DNA of 63,608 nucleotides, counting the filler, from Sluysia triapertura (lineage: Eukaryota): assembly GCA_046118255.1 (NCBI GenBank). It is 4 parts of 4 records of this genome, joined end to end, with 100 filler letters (N's around TTAATTAATTAA, not from the genome) between each part and the next. Parts side by side here need not be neighbours in the genome. Positions count along the whole stretch, not along the records: positions 40,171 to 52,471 come from JBJNIA010121973.1; positions 52,572 to 63,608 come from JBJNIA010189786.1; 2 more parts are not named here. One strand, given 5' to 3'. Shown one piece after another: positions 40,171 through 53,939 of this stretch (position 1 is the first letter of the stretch; the number at the start of each line of letters is the position of its first letter). The notes beneath the pieces were generated by a model that worked only from the letters and a program-made list of their open reading frames with translations, searched no databases and had not been told where the DNA came from. The position numbers and the translations under genes were made by a program.

Positions 40171-43100
40171 ATTAATTTCGACAAGGATATTTAATGGAAT
40201 AATGTTTTAATCTTCTCAATTTCAGAATTGAAAATTGGAAATCCTTACAAAATTATATTTAATACCCAAATTTATTTTTATTACAGTATTGTCTGAATGA
40301 TATAAGTATCTTAATTGATTATTTTTTGTATAATTGATATTATTTTTAGAATATTTTATTAGAAATATTTCTATTATTTAAAATCTGATGCCATGTGTTT
40401 AGAAACAATACACATACATATGTATGACTATTAATTTAATATATGACGATTTTCATGGAAATATAATCTAACAACGATATTCGTATATTTATTGTCTGTT
40501 GCTATGATATTAAAATTCAAAAATAACAAAACTCATTATTCATCGATATTAGAATAACACTAGCATAAATATTAAGTGATAATTTAATATAAAATATAAT
40601 TTTATTGTTAGTTGATTGTAATATATTAAATTAATAAGATTTTTAGTTGGGTTTTTAAACGTTAATTAATCACGATTACTCATAATATCTCAAACTAATG
40701 TTAGGCTGGCATGACAATCCTTTAAAGTCATAAATTTACAAAAGAGTTTTGTGAAACACAATTCACAATTAGTAATTTCAACTTATTCAGAAAAATTATT
40801 AATATTGAAGTCATTGTCATTATTTACTAACTTATCTAAATTGAAGGCAGCGGAAATTTTTATTTGTTCTCAAAAAAATATCAAAATTCGTAAGATGTTT
40901 TACTTATAAGAGTAAAATATTAAACATATTAATTAGAATTTTTTGATACACCAATTTAATATGGGAAAATTTTATATTAGATTTTGTTTCTTCAAGTTAT
41001 TATTGTAACATTATCGATTTAGATGTTGATGTAGTTCAATCATACATTTTGGTGTTCTTTTGTATTTTTATTATAATATATCTGTTAATAAAAGATTATA
41101 AAATCAATTTTATGTTTATTTCTTTGTGAATCAATTGTAATAAATTAATTGTATAAAATAATTTTACAAAATAAGTTTACCTACTCTTTTCAATAGCGCT
41201 CTTTTACTTATTGTTGGGATACAGGCATAAAGTGCCATAGAATAATGATAGTTATATTGATAAGTCAGTGGGAAGATCATGGATTCGCCTACGCCACTTA
41301 TCGGTGACTCTCGACGACCTGGCATACAGGCCGTGGTACTTCCTCAAGACTTGCATGGACTTGGCGACAAACCACAAACTGCAGGTGTCTCTGGAGCCTT
41401 GGGTTCATGGGATCCCGAGAATGACAAGCTAATAATAAAAATACTAAATTCTTCATTAAATCTAAATTAAATTAACCATATAACGCAAGTCGTGCAAATA
41501 AATCAAAGGTGGATAAAAGCTGTGCAATTAATTCTATCGTCCATTTTAATATGTCATATATGGTGGTTCAACCTTTTCTTTCACAAAAATTAACAAAACA
41601 TCACACATCACAAACATACAATCACAAAACCTTAAAAACATACAAACATTCTAACATACAAAGCTCTTAAAAATACATTTTTGTTAATATAGGAAAATTG
41701 TACTGAAATTTCTACAAGTACAACTGATATCCTTCCTAACTTATTATTGTAAACGTTTTCGACTTTTTTCAACGCAAAAGTAACATTCACAGCTTTGTAT
41801 CGAGTCTTTCGAAATAAAATTTAAATACTGGTAGGTTAAAATTATAAAAAACAATATTCAATTACTAAATTATATTTATTAAAACTTCTTTTACAAAATC
41901 CAGGACAAGACAAATAATGTGAAAGATATTTATTAAACATACACTCTTGTAGAATTATAGTTAAACATTTAAATAGTTAAATATTATGAAATATTAAATA
42001 TCTACACTGAACACTTTGTGGGCCACACTTTGCAGGTGCCAAAATAGTGATAAAAATCAACTAAAAATGAATCAACATAAATTTTAAAATATCGTACTTG
42101 AAGTGACAAGTAACAAAGTTCTTCATTTATGGAGCTGGAATGTGATTTGCCAAATGCGCTTGCGTTAATCGTTGTATTGTATCTTATCGAGATAATAGTC
42201 GTTTATATTTTACAGATATATAAAAATCGTCAGAATGTATTGGATAATATTAATACAGTTTGTTAATAAATAAATTGTAAAATAAATTAATGATTGTTTA
42301 AAAGCTGTTTATACAATCGTATAATCACTTCCAACAAGTATACTCTTATTCCAACAACTATACTTTCATTAATACTGACATATTTTGTTAAACAATGCAT
42401 TGTTATGTCAGCAACGTGATTTACAAGGTCGTAAATAGAATGTATTACCAAATATAACATAGACATTTTTAATATCAACGATTTCCATTAGTGAATAAGA
42501 TGGAATTTCAATCCATATCATTTTTTGTAGATGAAGTTGAATACTTCTTTAATAATACCAAATCTTGGAAATCCGTAGCCTCACATTTTAATCTAAATTT
42601 CGCATTTACTTTCATAAAATGAAGCTTAGATTCTCTGTATACTTCGACGGGATATTGAGATTCAACTCCAATACATAAATGATTAATTATAGAATTTAAT
42701 GTATCTAATCTTGAAGTGAATGTTGAATGTTTTCATATTCTTTTAATACTCATTCAATATAATTATCAAAGTATGAATGATAGTATTTTATATGTTCGTT
42801 TGAAATCGTAGATAATAACATAGATGGTATTCTTGGTCTAGCTGTATCATAGCGATCAATAAATTCACGACCTTTTTATAAGATATTAATTTTGAATTTG
42901 TTTTAAAGTCTTTAAGAACTTCATAGAACTTGTCCTCATAAAGTTTCAGCTTGAACATGTTGTTAAAATTGACTAGAAAATTGTGAATTTTAATGTTATG
43001 AGTACTCTATCTAAATTGTAATTGAGATTAATATTGTCTGTGAGATTGTTGCCAAATTGCTTTTGTTTTGATATGTACAAAAATTTTTATTGGCCAACTG

Positions 43101-44204
43101 TGTATCAGCAACTGCTTCGTAAGTTAAAACAATAATTAATGATTGTTGATGTCTCCCTTTTATGCTTAATAAGACATGTATTGTGATTAATGAAGGGGAA
43201 ATTTTTGGTGGATTTAATTGTTGGATTGATTGTTGGTGCTTTTGAAGTCATAGATGAATCATTAGAAATTAGGGCAACATCTGACGTAGAATCAATTATA
43301 AATGGCTTACTAGAATTCAAAGTTAGTGTAGCTGATGTGTACGGTTGATAAATGGTTGTACTTCATCCTGCAGATGAACAACTTCATTGTTAATATAATT
43401 GGTGCCTAAGAGCTAATTCTTCTTCTGTATAATCAGTTTCTTTGATAAATGGTTCGTAATTGTTTGATGTATATTGAAAATTTGAATAATCTTTTTTACT
43501 ACTGATATTATCAAATTCAGTGAATGTTTGCTTTCAGTAGAACTAGAAAATAATGAGCCCTTTTGAGCCTTTGTTGGATAAGTGTATTTCTTCTTGGTTC
43601 TCGTGTTCCTATTCCTTTATTACTACTTTATTTTCTTTCTTATCGTATTCCTGATTTACATAAGATCCTTGTAATTCTACTTGATCGGATAACTCGAGAT
43701 GATATTCTTGTTCTTCTAAATGTTCGATAGGTTTCTCCTATACTATTCGAAAGGGATTTAATTTTTGTATTACTGGTTAATCCTTTTTTTAGATAAAGAA
43801 GTGGAAGAAATGTTAGGTGAAAATGAAAAGGAGGAAGGATGTAATAAAAAATATAACATAATCGATAAAGTTAAAGGTGTTAAAAGAATTTCCATTTAGT
43901 GTATTGTTTTTTTAATTTTTGGTGTCATGAGTGCTTTAAATGTTGTAAAAGCATGATTTTTAGTGTAGTGTGATGTATAAACTAAATCTAATATTATTAT
44001 ATCATGAGCAAACATTTTTATTAAGTTAAGTTAAATTAATTAACAAATGTACTTTTGTAAAGGTTATTTCTTCGTATGTTGCATTCTTTAGTCTTGATTC
44101 AAATATTTTATACGCTTATTTTGTTCAATACGTAAATTACATTGTATTGATAGAAGTTGTAAGACAAATCCGATAATAAATTGTGTTAAACTTATTCATC
44201 CATT

Positions 44205-44520
44205 ACGCAAGACGCAGTAGGACCAAGCAGCTATAATCGGTTAGATTTCTCTAGATACCTGTTGTAGTTTTATCAGCTCGACATGATAGATTACGAATCA
44301 TCTTCTTTCGAAACATTCATGAGTAGTACCGCGTGGCACCCTTAACAGAATAATAACCACATCCTCCATCGAATCATTGCCATTCACACCCAAATCAACT
44401 TAAACATATTTTACAATTGCCAGAACAAGCAAACCAAAAATATTTCGTCACTAAACTTATTACTGAATATGCCAATTACTCTAGAATTAGCTATGTATTA
44501 AATGTTTATAACGCAAATAA
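44205..44520 (+). mobile_element. Ty3/Gypsy integrase core remnant
   Basis: DAVGP...DFSRY...SSTAWHP*QNN...LHR resembles D.VGP, DRFSR and T.YHPQ.NG motifs; heavily decayed. Confidence 0.4.
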
Positions 44521-47178
44521 TGTTGTTATCGATATAAATAGAGTTTTACAATATAAACTTACACCAGATATGACATCAGATTCATTATCTGAGAATATGG
44601 ATAATTGAGACATAGCACCACCGGATACTGAACTTTTGCAGCCAATCAACAAATGAGTACATGTGTTACATTATTATTATTATTTTTATTATTATTATTA
44701 TTATTATCATTATTGTTATTATTATTATAGTAGTATTCTCAAATTATTGTTGTACTTATTATTTTTATTATAATTGTTACTAGACGTTAGTTCTGGTTTG
44801 TGGTGACCAAACATGTAATTTAAATTTTATTACCCCAAAAAATTCACTAAACCTCCATCAAGACACTTCTACTTTGTAAAATCTACTACAAAACATTATA
44901 AAATTCAGCTCTTAACAACAAACCTCAAATTTCATCATACCAATCAAATTTTAAAATTGTTTCATACATATCTTCCACAATTTCAATTACACAAGAAAAC
45001 TGTACTCAATCACAAATAACATTAACATTTCTAACTCTCATTAGAATCTCAGATTTGCTTGTATTACTCATTTTCTTCTAGACTATTGTTTATGCTTGTT
45101 TCCGTCAATGTGATAAAGAGAACGGTTTAGAAATAACGTATTCATAAGGTGTAAATAAGCAAACACAATATAATTTTCTCCAGAATTTATCTAATTATGT
45201 TTCTCCTTTTTCTTCATATCGTAGGACTAGTCCAAGATGCCCAGAAAGCATTGCATATTGTGCACTCACCACATATATTATCAATAATAATTTATAAATA
45301 ATCAATAATAATTTATAAATACCATTATTGAATGACTTTACTGATTTTCACTTTATGAAATTAAGCACTACCCTATATACTTAACAAGGCGTATCAAACT
45401 ATTTAAAATTAATGCATTTAATTTCACAAACATTCTAACATTTATTTGAAAATAATTCACGTAATTTTATTTTAAAATATTTGTTTATACTAAACATTAA
45501 TTAAAAAAGATTGTATAATTCGAAAATAGATCTTATTAAATTTCTTAATAAATTTTATGAAGCAAATGTGGCTAATAATAATTATTATTATTAAGTTAAA
45601 AAGTCAATTTTATGCTATTTTTGTCAAAATTATTAGAAATTGTCGTATACCGTTTTATTTGGTAACGTAATTTTGACTAAACATTTTGTGATTGTTACAA
45701 ATTCTAATTGTTTGTAGTCGACCGTGTTACTGAAAGCATTTTCTACCCATTGTCTTAGAATTTATCCATGAATGAAGTTTTTTGAATCGAAAAAATCAAA
45801 CGATTTTAGACAGTTTTAGGGGTCATTTTATTTTTGAAGATGTAATTTTTATGGTGCATACTGAAGTTCGTGTTGTGACTAAAAAAGAAACGACCATATT
45901 GGCTCATTGGAAATTCAATTCAATGAATAATTCTATTAAAGAATCGCGAATTAGAATCGAATTTCTACAAATTACTTTTCCTGGAAAGCTCAGTTGATTT
46001 AACCAATGGACTGGTTTTCAAACATTAATATTAGAACAAATATTATAAGTATTGCGATGTGTTCATTTTCATGTATCCTATAGTGCAGTTTTATCTTTTG
46101 ATTAAAAAAGACTATTTTGATCAGCATGTACAAGAAGTTATTTACGATGGTAACACTTTGCTAAATAATGACTATAATGACCTTATTTTAAATAATGTTC
46201 ATGAAAATTTTGAAGGAAGAAAATTAGATAATCTTGTCCAATCAACTAAGCAATAAATAATCCGGCAAACAAACACATATTCCGGAGTTAATCATGCATA
46301 ATCTTAATATCGTTGTTTTGGCCTACAATGTACCTTTTATATAATTTTAAGTTGTAATAGATTAGATTTTTACTGATAAATTTTACATACTATTTAAAGT
46401 TCAAATTTTGATAAAATATTTTCAACACATTTAATTTATAATGCAAAATAGTTTTGATTTTAGTTTTAGATTCTTCAAGGTCATTTCTTTTTCAAATACA
46501 CCTCTGTATAACTAAATTTTATAATTTAAAATTATTAAACACAATATAGTTAAAATGCAAATCTTGTCCCGACGGCATTATAATTTCGTTTCATTCGAAC
46601 GAGCACAGTCATAAGATATAAACATTATAAACAAACCTCAAGTTCTACTTATTGACCTCCATATTGTTTGTAACATCATTAAGAGCACAATAATATAAGA
46701 TAAAGAATTACATTCTCTGAACAGACGAATTCATTTATGATCATGAGTTGTCTTCTTTAAGCAAAATATCCATCAAATTAAATTAAAATAGGAAAATTAA
46801 AAAAGTCATAGTAATTACGAGTGATCGCATTATATTGTATATGTATATATGTAGCCTGATAACAATAGATATTAATAAGAGACTGCAATGTTTATTAGTT
46901 ACGTAAATTTGCGTTAATTTATTTAGGTTATTTTATTTTTGAAAATAAAGATATATATCTTTAAATTAATTAATAAACGTCGCATTTCCATCTTCATCAT
47001 CAGAAACGAGTGTAGATCTCATCTTCATAATGTATAGACTAATCATAAATAGATATATTTGGCAGAATTTATGCGAAATAAAATTTACTTTTTGTATTTT
47101 AAAATTAATAAATTAAATAAATACATAAATAAGATAAAGTATGTAATTTGTTACTATCAATTAATATAGAATCGTAAT

Positions 47179-47211
47179 ATATTATTATTATTAAATTATT
47201 ATTATTATTAA

Positions 47212-47266
<55 letters not shown>
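47179..47266. repeat. (ATT)n microsatellite, interrupted
   Basis: Direct reading. Confidence 0.97.
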
Positions 47267-47268
<2 letters not shown>

Positions 47269-49294
47269 TTATTTAATAGTGACATTTAATTAATTTAGTA
47301 ATTATGCTTCGTTAAATAATTAATTTCTATTTTTAATAATTAAATTTCTTGTAAATTAGTTAGTCTAGATATTATTATATTATTATTTATTAAATTATAT
47401 TATATAACATTTGTTTAGTGTGATAAAAATATTCTTAAAGAAATAATTATTTCCAAAGGTAAACTTGAATCTGTTTTCTGAAGCCAGTCCAAGATAATTT
47501 CGTAAACACTCTTCGGATACGATTTTCTTTTTCGATATTTTCATTACATTTTTTAAACCTTACGAGCAAATCAATTCTCAATTTAAATGTTAATTTCTTT
47601 GCAAAATTAAAGAAAATATTTTTGGGTTTTTTTAAAAGCTTTCTGTTTGAGCAAACATTACAAATATTATGCTGTGGTTTTTACTAATACTTAAAGCTAA
47701 ACCTACAGCAAAATGGAAAATTGAGCAGGATCCTGTTACAGTAAGCGTCTTATATCGTAACAATATAAGTTAAGTAAAATGTAATATCTTAAACTAGTAA
47801 ATTTGATATTAGAGGGTCAAAAAATAAAATAATGCAATGCTCAATTTATTATGCAACAAATGAAACCAAAAAAAACGTTTAATTAAAATTTTATTACAAC
47901 TGTAATATAATTTTTTATAATTGTTGAGTATATTAATATAAAAATTTGTCTTAACTTCTTCTAAATCTTAAACATCTTATTGGTTTTCTCTTTGATTTTA
48001 TTTTATTAAATCTTTAACTATGTCTGGATACTATTTTATACTCCAAAACTTGTTGAATCAAATTTATTTACAGAATTTATAGTTATTCTGAATTTCTCAA
48101 TTAATATTATCACTTTATATTAAGCTTAACTGGAGGTATGAATCAGTATATTCGTCCTTGCTTAATAATTTTTATTAATAATAGGTATATGGTTATATTA
48201 ATCAATACTTGACAGTAATATAGATGTTTAAATCTCAATTTAATTATTCCTATAAATTCAACTATAATTGTTTAGACTTAGTATTCAAAAATTTTTGTAA
48301 TGTAATCTCTTATATAATTATATATCTTTTCTTCCTCTCTTAGGGTCCCACTCTTAGTTAAGATTAATTAAAATGAAACAATTGATCAAAATGAAATAAT
48401 AACTAAACAATTTATTTATAGATTAACATAAAATGTAAAGTTATATTATAATGTAAAAGAAAAATTTTAGATTCTTTATATTTATCACTTACGAATAAAA
48501 TCTCGAATTAGTTGTCTAAAAAAATATACAAATTCAATTGTTCAGTCAATTGTAGAACCGTATGGCAATGGATAATGTTTCGATTTGATTGTTTAGATAT
48601 ACCAATTTAATCGTTTAGGACTTCTTCTTGTTTCTATACCACGAATTTTTTATTCTTCTTTTTGCGACTTTTTACTTCCTTTCATAGTGAAAAAAGAATA
48701 ATTTCAATGTGTAGACAAATGATTAAATTCAATACAAATTATTAGATTCAATATAATAGTAATAAGCAGATAAATAACGAAATGAATAATTTCAATATGT
48801 TGTTATGTAGCTTATAGCAATAAACATCAACATTTAATATTAGTAATCTATAATACAAACAATCATTAAATATAGATGACATCAAATTATTTTTACTTTT
48901 ATCTAATAATTTTCATTGGATAAATAAATTATCATTTAAGCTATCTACAATAGTGAGCAATTAAAAGTTTTTTATAAATATATTACTAATTTTTAAATAA
49001 TAATAATAATAATAGTAATGATATTTATTGCCTTTAATTTAAATTCCAAAAATGATTTAAAAACAAAATGATTTATTATAAATGAAATATTAAGTTTTTT
49101 ATTATTTTAAATTAATAATGAAATATTATATTTTTCTTATTTTAAATGAATATTAATAAAATGAAATATTATATTTTATTATTTTAAATGAATATTAATG
49201 CTACACAACAATCACAAAAATTAAATTATTTAAGTTACTTACAGGACAAATATGTCAAGAGAGAGAAAAGAGATTCAAAATTTTATTTTATTCT

Positions 49295-49849
49295 GACCCT
49301 CAATATATCGGGGAAACTTTAAACATTTACTAAACGAAATATTAATTTAAGTATAATTTAAGATATTAGCTTCATTAGATGAAGTTAATATCAATCTTAA
49401 AATAAACAAATTATTTGGAACATGGATTTTAAATCCGATATACTCTGTTGGTTCAAAATCCCAAAATTCCAAATCGTCTATCAAACAAAATTTAAAAGAT
49501 GACCGTGAGTTGAAATTTAACTGCTTTATCTATCAATTGGATTTGTCAATATAAATTTCGAAATGGTGTTATTTTTAAAAATGGCGATTTTCATTGTATG
49601 GATGCTAGTTTATATCCTAGTCATCATCCGATGAAAATCGATGGAATGTTCTAAAACATTCTCGAAACTTCTATTATATTTTTAGAAGCTAATTTTCTTT
49701 TTTGGAAAATAATTGTTTTTTAAGTAATTTCAAAGATTAATAAATGGTTTAAAACATTTTCTACGATTTTAATTAATTTTTTGATAATTTTAAATAGTTT
49801 TAAATAATTTTAAGGTATCATTTTGTAGGGTTGTGATGACAACCTAACA
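49295..49849. repeat. Unclassified hairpin-ended repeat, copy 2
   Basis: Homologous to 4220-4768 at both termini. Confidence 0.85.
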
Positions 49850-50049
49850 ATTACATAATAATAATTGTTACTGTAAATTTATTGTATTAAAATAGAATCA
49901 AATAATAACACAATGATTGTAATCAATTTATTTCCATATTACAATCATTATATTTATATGTTTATATTTTGGTTTATACGTTTCGTTTCCTGTCATGATT
50001 ATATTAATTAGGCAACACCTTCAAAATTGAGATCAATATAAATAAAAAT

Positions 50050-50054
<5 letters not shown>

Positions 50055-50108
<54 letters not shown>
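50055..50108. repeat. (AAT)n microsatellite
   Basis: Direct reading. Confidence 0.98.
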
Positions 50109-50110
<2 letters not shown>

Positions 50111-51039
50111 TACAATCACCGTGATAAATCGTGTTTCCTTTTGGTATATATTTTTATAAATTTAACGCTTTATTTATTAAAATTTATTTTTTTGATATCA
50201 TGAAAAAAATAATTTAATAAATAAAATAAATAATAATCCGAAGAAATGATTAATAATTTAAAAATATTTCAAAATTATTAGAAAATAAAAGAAAACGAGA
50301 ATAGAATGATAATAATGATGAAGAATAGAGGTCATCACACTTAATTATCCAGAAGAGACGCTACGTATGGAACAGAAACGTGATAATTGTGGTAGTATAC
50401 TACCAATATACAATTTTATTATTAATCCCTTTAATATACTTTTAATATAATGTTATACTAAGGGCTTTTGAATATCTTTTGATAAGGTTAGCCTTTACGG
50501 TCCGATTTTATTTCCATTGAATCCCCTATTTAATTTCAGCGAAAACACAAAATTTTCACAAATCGAATTTACATTATCTATTTATTAATTTAATTACATT
50601 TATGTTATTATTGTTCCACAAGGTCAACTTTATTTAACACTAAGTTGTTACGAGAAAATAGCAATATTTTAAAAAGAAAATACAAATTATTATGAATATA
50701 TATTATTAATTTAATATTTTAAACATCAGTTGACACCAATTTTACCACATCCTAAAGAGATCTACTACTACTACTACTGCTGCTGCTACTGCTACTACTA
50801 CTATCTAATTTGCATAATTAGATAATTAAAACAAAAAAAACATTTGTCATTTTTAAAACTGATAAGCATTTTAATTATTTAAATTAACATTAGGATAAAT
50901 ATATTAATTATATTAATATCTTACCCAGAACATAGTGAAAATTAATAATTTGTACTTACATTTATTGGTTTTAATTGATACATTTGTGAAGATGAACAAT
51001 AATAAAATTAAAACAATGTTTACAAAAATGATGTAACTA

Positions 51040-51404
51040 TGTTGCGATGTATCTTTATTAGTAACTTATGCTTTTCAACGATTTATTTCGACTGTGTCAT
51101 CTAAAATGTCGAAGTAATTTATAATCTTTCTGCTAATGACAAAATTTTCTATCAAACACTTTTTCATTATTTTTGATGAATTTACTAATTTATCTGGAAT
51201 GCAATAATCCGGTTTTGTCAATATTACTTTTGAAAAATCTCTCTGTTTTGATCATGTATTATCAATTTTTGCAACGTTATCAGAATCAGAATAGATAATT
51301 TAGAAGATTCTAATTCAAGTGGTTCCGAATAATTTTAAATTTCATGATCCATAACTTTCCAAAAAGTGAATGATTGCGATAAACGATGGTGCCACACGAG
51401 TTAA
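51040..51404 (-). mobile_element. Possible piggyBac 5' remnant
   Basis: Starts at TTAA; decayed acidic/Ser-rich coding-like sequence follows. Confidence 0.25.
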
Positions 51405-51754
51405 GATATGTGATTTAAATAAATTAAAATGTTTGTGTTATTTTATTAGATATGTTTTATGAATTATATTGGATGCTTAGCGGGTAAATAAAAGATTAAA
51501 AAGGTAATATAATGTAATATTTAATACAGTATGAAATGGCAGGTGTTTGGTATGTTTTAGTTTGTGTTTGTACAATAATAAAATCGTCGAGAATGGTTCG
51601 GACCATTACTGCATACTTAACAGGAATCACATTTGCTTTTATTATTTTTTTGTTTATTAACATTGTAGATCATTTTCCATTTTGTGTCATTTTACATTTC
51701 AAACTGATATCGTTCAGAGATTCATTAAAATTGGTTATGTTAGACTTCATTGAA

Positions 51755-51817
51755 TGGACTGACCCTATTATCTCGCAGCTGTGCTGCTTGATACTCTACT
51801 CACTGAACTGTCAGCCC
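51755..51817 (-). repeat. tRNA-derived sequence, copy 2
   Basis: Same acceptor stem and A box as 19724-19786; keeps the central arm but lacks the T arm/B box; flanks homologous on both sides. Confidence 0.7.
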
Positions 51818-52357
51818 ATTCTAACAATATTATTTTATTATAGTCAATTATACTATCATTATTCTAATTAGAACTTTAGGCTTGTACCTCATCATTTATA
51901 AAAATCGAAATACATTCCTACCAAGTTCGCTAGTTATCTCGTGCCACTCGTTAAGGCTGAAATAAACCATAGCTATTCTTACAAACTATTCAATTTTATA
52001 AAATATTTCATCATAACTTATTCATATGTAGATAAGGAAAGGATTAACAAATATTACTTAGAATACGACTTTAAGATAACTCCCAATATTAATTTCTCGT
52101 TAAGATTTTATGATAAATAAAGTTTTCCATTAATTGTAAGTAAAATTCTTCATCATCAGATTACCAATGATTACTATTATAACTTATACCAGAGATACTT
52201 TGACAATAACAACGTTAAAGTTCATAAACATGATAATATTATAAATTTTTCAAGATACACAATCGAGATTCTATCACTTCGACTATTGCCTTTGGTTTAC
52301 GGATCATTTTCTGTTCTTATTCCTGTTGGATTAAATATTGATTGCATTACTATAAAG

Positions 52358-52452
52358 CATGGATTCCCAAAGTGGACGCTACCGTCCCCTGGTTGGCGCT
52401 GCAAGGATCCAGGGGCGGTGGTGAATACAAGTTCATTTAGGGGCGATAACAC
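52358..52452 (+). mobile_element. hAT (Charlie/Buster-type) transposon terminus, truncated at or near the contig end
   Basis: GC-rich CATGGATTCCCAAAGTGG...ACCGTCCCCTGG...CCAGGGGCGGT with a ~14-bp hairpin; the CAG.G.TTCCCAAA TIR style is typical of Charlie/Buster elements. Confidence 0.6.
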
Positions 52453-52471
52453 GATAATACTATATTAAATA

Positions 52472-52571
52472 NNNNNNNNNNNNNNNNNNNNNNNNNNNNN
52501 NNNNNNNNNNNNNNNTTAATTAATTAANNNNNNNNNNNNNNNNNNNNNNNNNNNNNNNNNNNNNNNNNNNN
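52472..52571. other. Artificial contig linker
   Basis: Same construct as 21113-21212. Confidence 0.95.
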
Positions 52572-52642
<71 letters not shown>

Positions 52643-53150
52643 AAACAAATAAAGCCTAATAATTAATATTTCAAGAAATCGTTATCAAAATAAATATTAC
52701 AATGGATAATATATAAATATGTATAAAAATTAGATCATTTTGTGATATTTAAGATAATTTTTGGAATCAGGAATATATCTCAATAAAAAATCATCAAGCA
52801 GAATGACTGTATCCTGGATTTGTACTACTAGAATACTGATATTGATGTGAAACACCAGTGTGACTCTGTGATGAGTCACCTGATTCCGGATAGCCCATTA
52901 TTGGTGGCGAATTAATGTTTAGTTCACGAGAAACTCTCCAGCTTTCTTTTAAATGACTAAATAAGATGATAAATTAGAATTCGAAACAAATTCTGAGTAA
53001 CTGAGCCTTTTTAATGAGTTGGTAGTAGTGTAAATGAGTCTAGAACTTTTACAAATAATTAAACTTTCAATAGACTTAAGGCCGTTCAGTCCCATATTAA
53101 AAATTATTTTGAACTTAAGATTGCAAAATAAATAAAAATTCAATAACTTC
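52572..53150 (-). mobile_element. Probable R4/Dong-like (RLE) non-LTR element 3' end with structured UTR and (TAA)n tail
   Basis: KIIFNMGLNGL...YQLIKKAQLLRIC resembles the RLE C-terminus (IP.IIG..G...IQKA.LL.TC). GC-richer UTR with inverted repeats; ends in (TAA)n at the contig edge. Confidence 0.45.
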
Positions 53151-53939
53151 TGTTAACAATTCAAAATAAAGCTGGAAATAAATTATGGAAATTTTGATTA
53201 TTATATTATAGACAAAGCTTTTAAGAGCTCATCTAAGTAATTTATAGGGTAACTCAGTGAATCTATAAAACCTTATACGAAATACAAAAAGAAAAACTAT
53301 TTGTTAACGTGCCATGCTTTACGATTTGTCTGTCATCGATGAACCAATCATTAAGTTTTTCATTACAAATCCTTTAAACGATTTTCTACACAATCATAAA
53401 TCACACATCCAAAAAGTATATTTAAATTGTTCTAAAATCGACTCAAATTCACTCGGAATAAATCATGGAAATTATTAAGAAAAATAATAAAAGTAAAAAT
53501 AATTATTAATAATGCTTTAAATAGTACAATAGAACTTCCAGTTACTTCGATTAATGAAAAAACATTAATAGTTTCTGCTGCTATTATGGCTCCTAGTAAA
53601 AAAATTAGATAATTTGAATAATTTGGTTAAACCTATAAATGATTTACGTTGTGACAATGTATCTGATGTTGATTTAGATAACTCTCCACGATCACGATCT
53701 AAGGAACTACTGGAAGAAGATAATAATAATGATGATAAGAAATACATTAATGACGATAAAAACGAATATAACAAAATTATAGACATTACAAATGATAATG
53801 ATAAATTTATTAATGGTTAGTTTATGTCTACTCATGATAGATGACAGTCTATGAATGATACATATAACATTAATATATTTCCATATTTATGAGTTTTAAA
53901 TTTTACACAGTTCGTTAAATTGAATATATTTAGTAACTG

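Noticed and set aside
46980-47030. CTGATGA...GAAA on the minus strand as a hammerhead ribozyme
   Set aside because: No stem II or closing helices.
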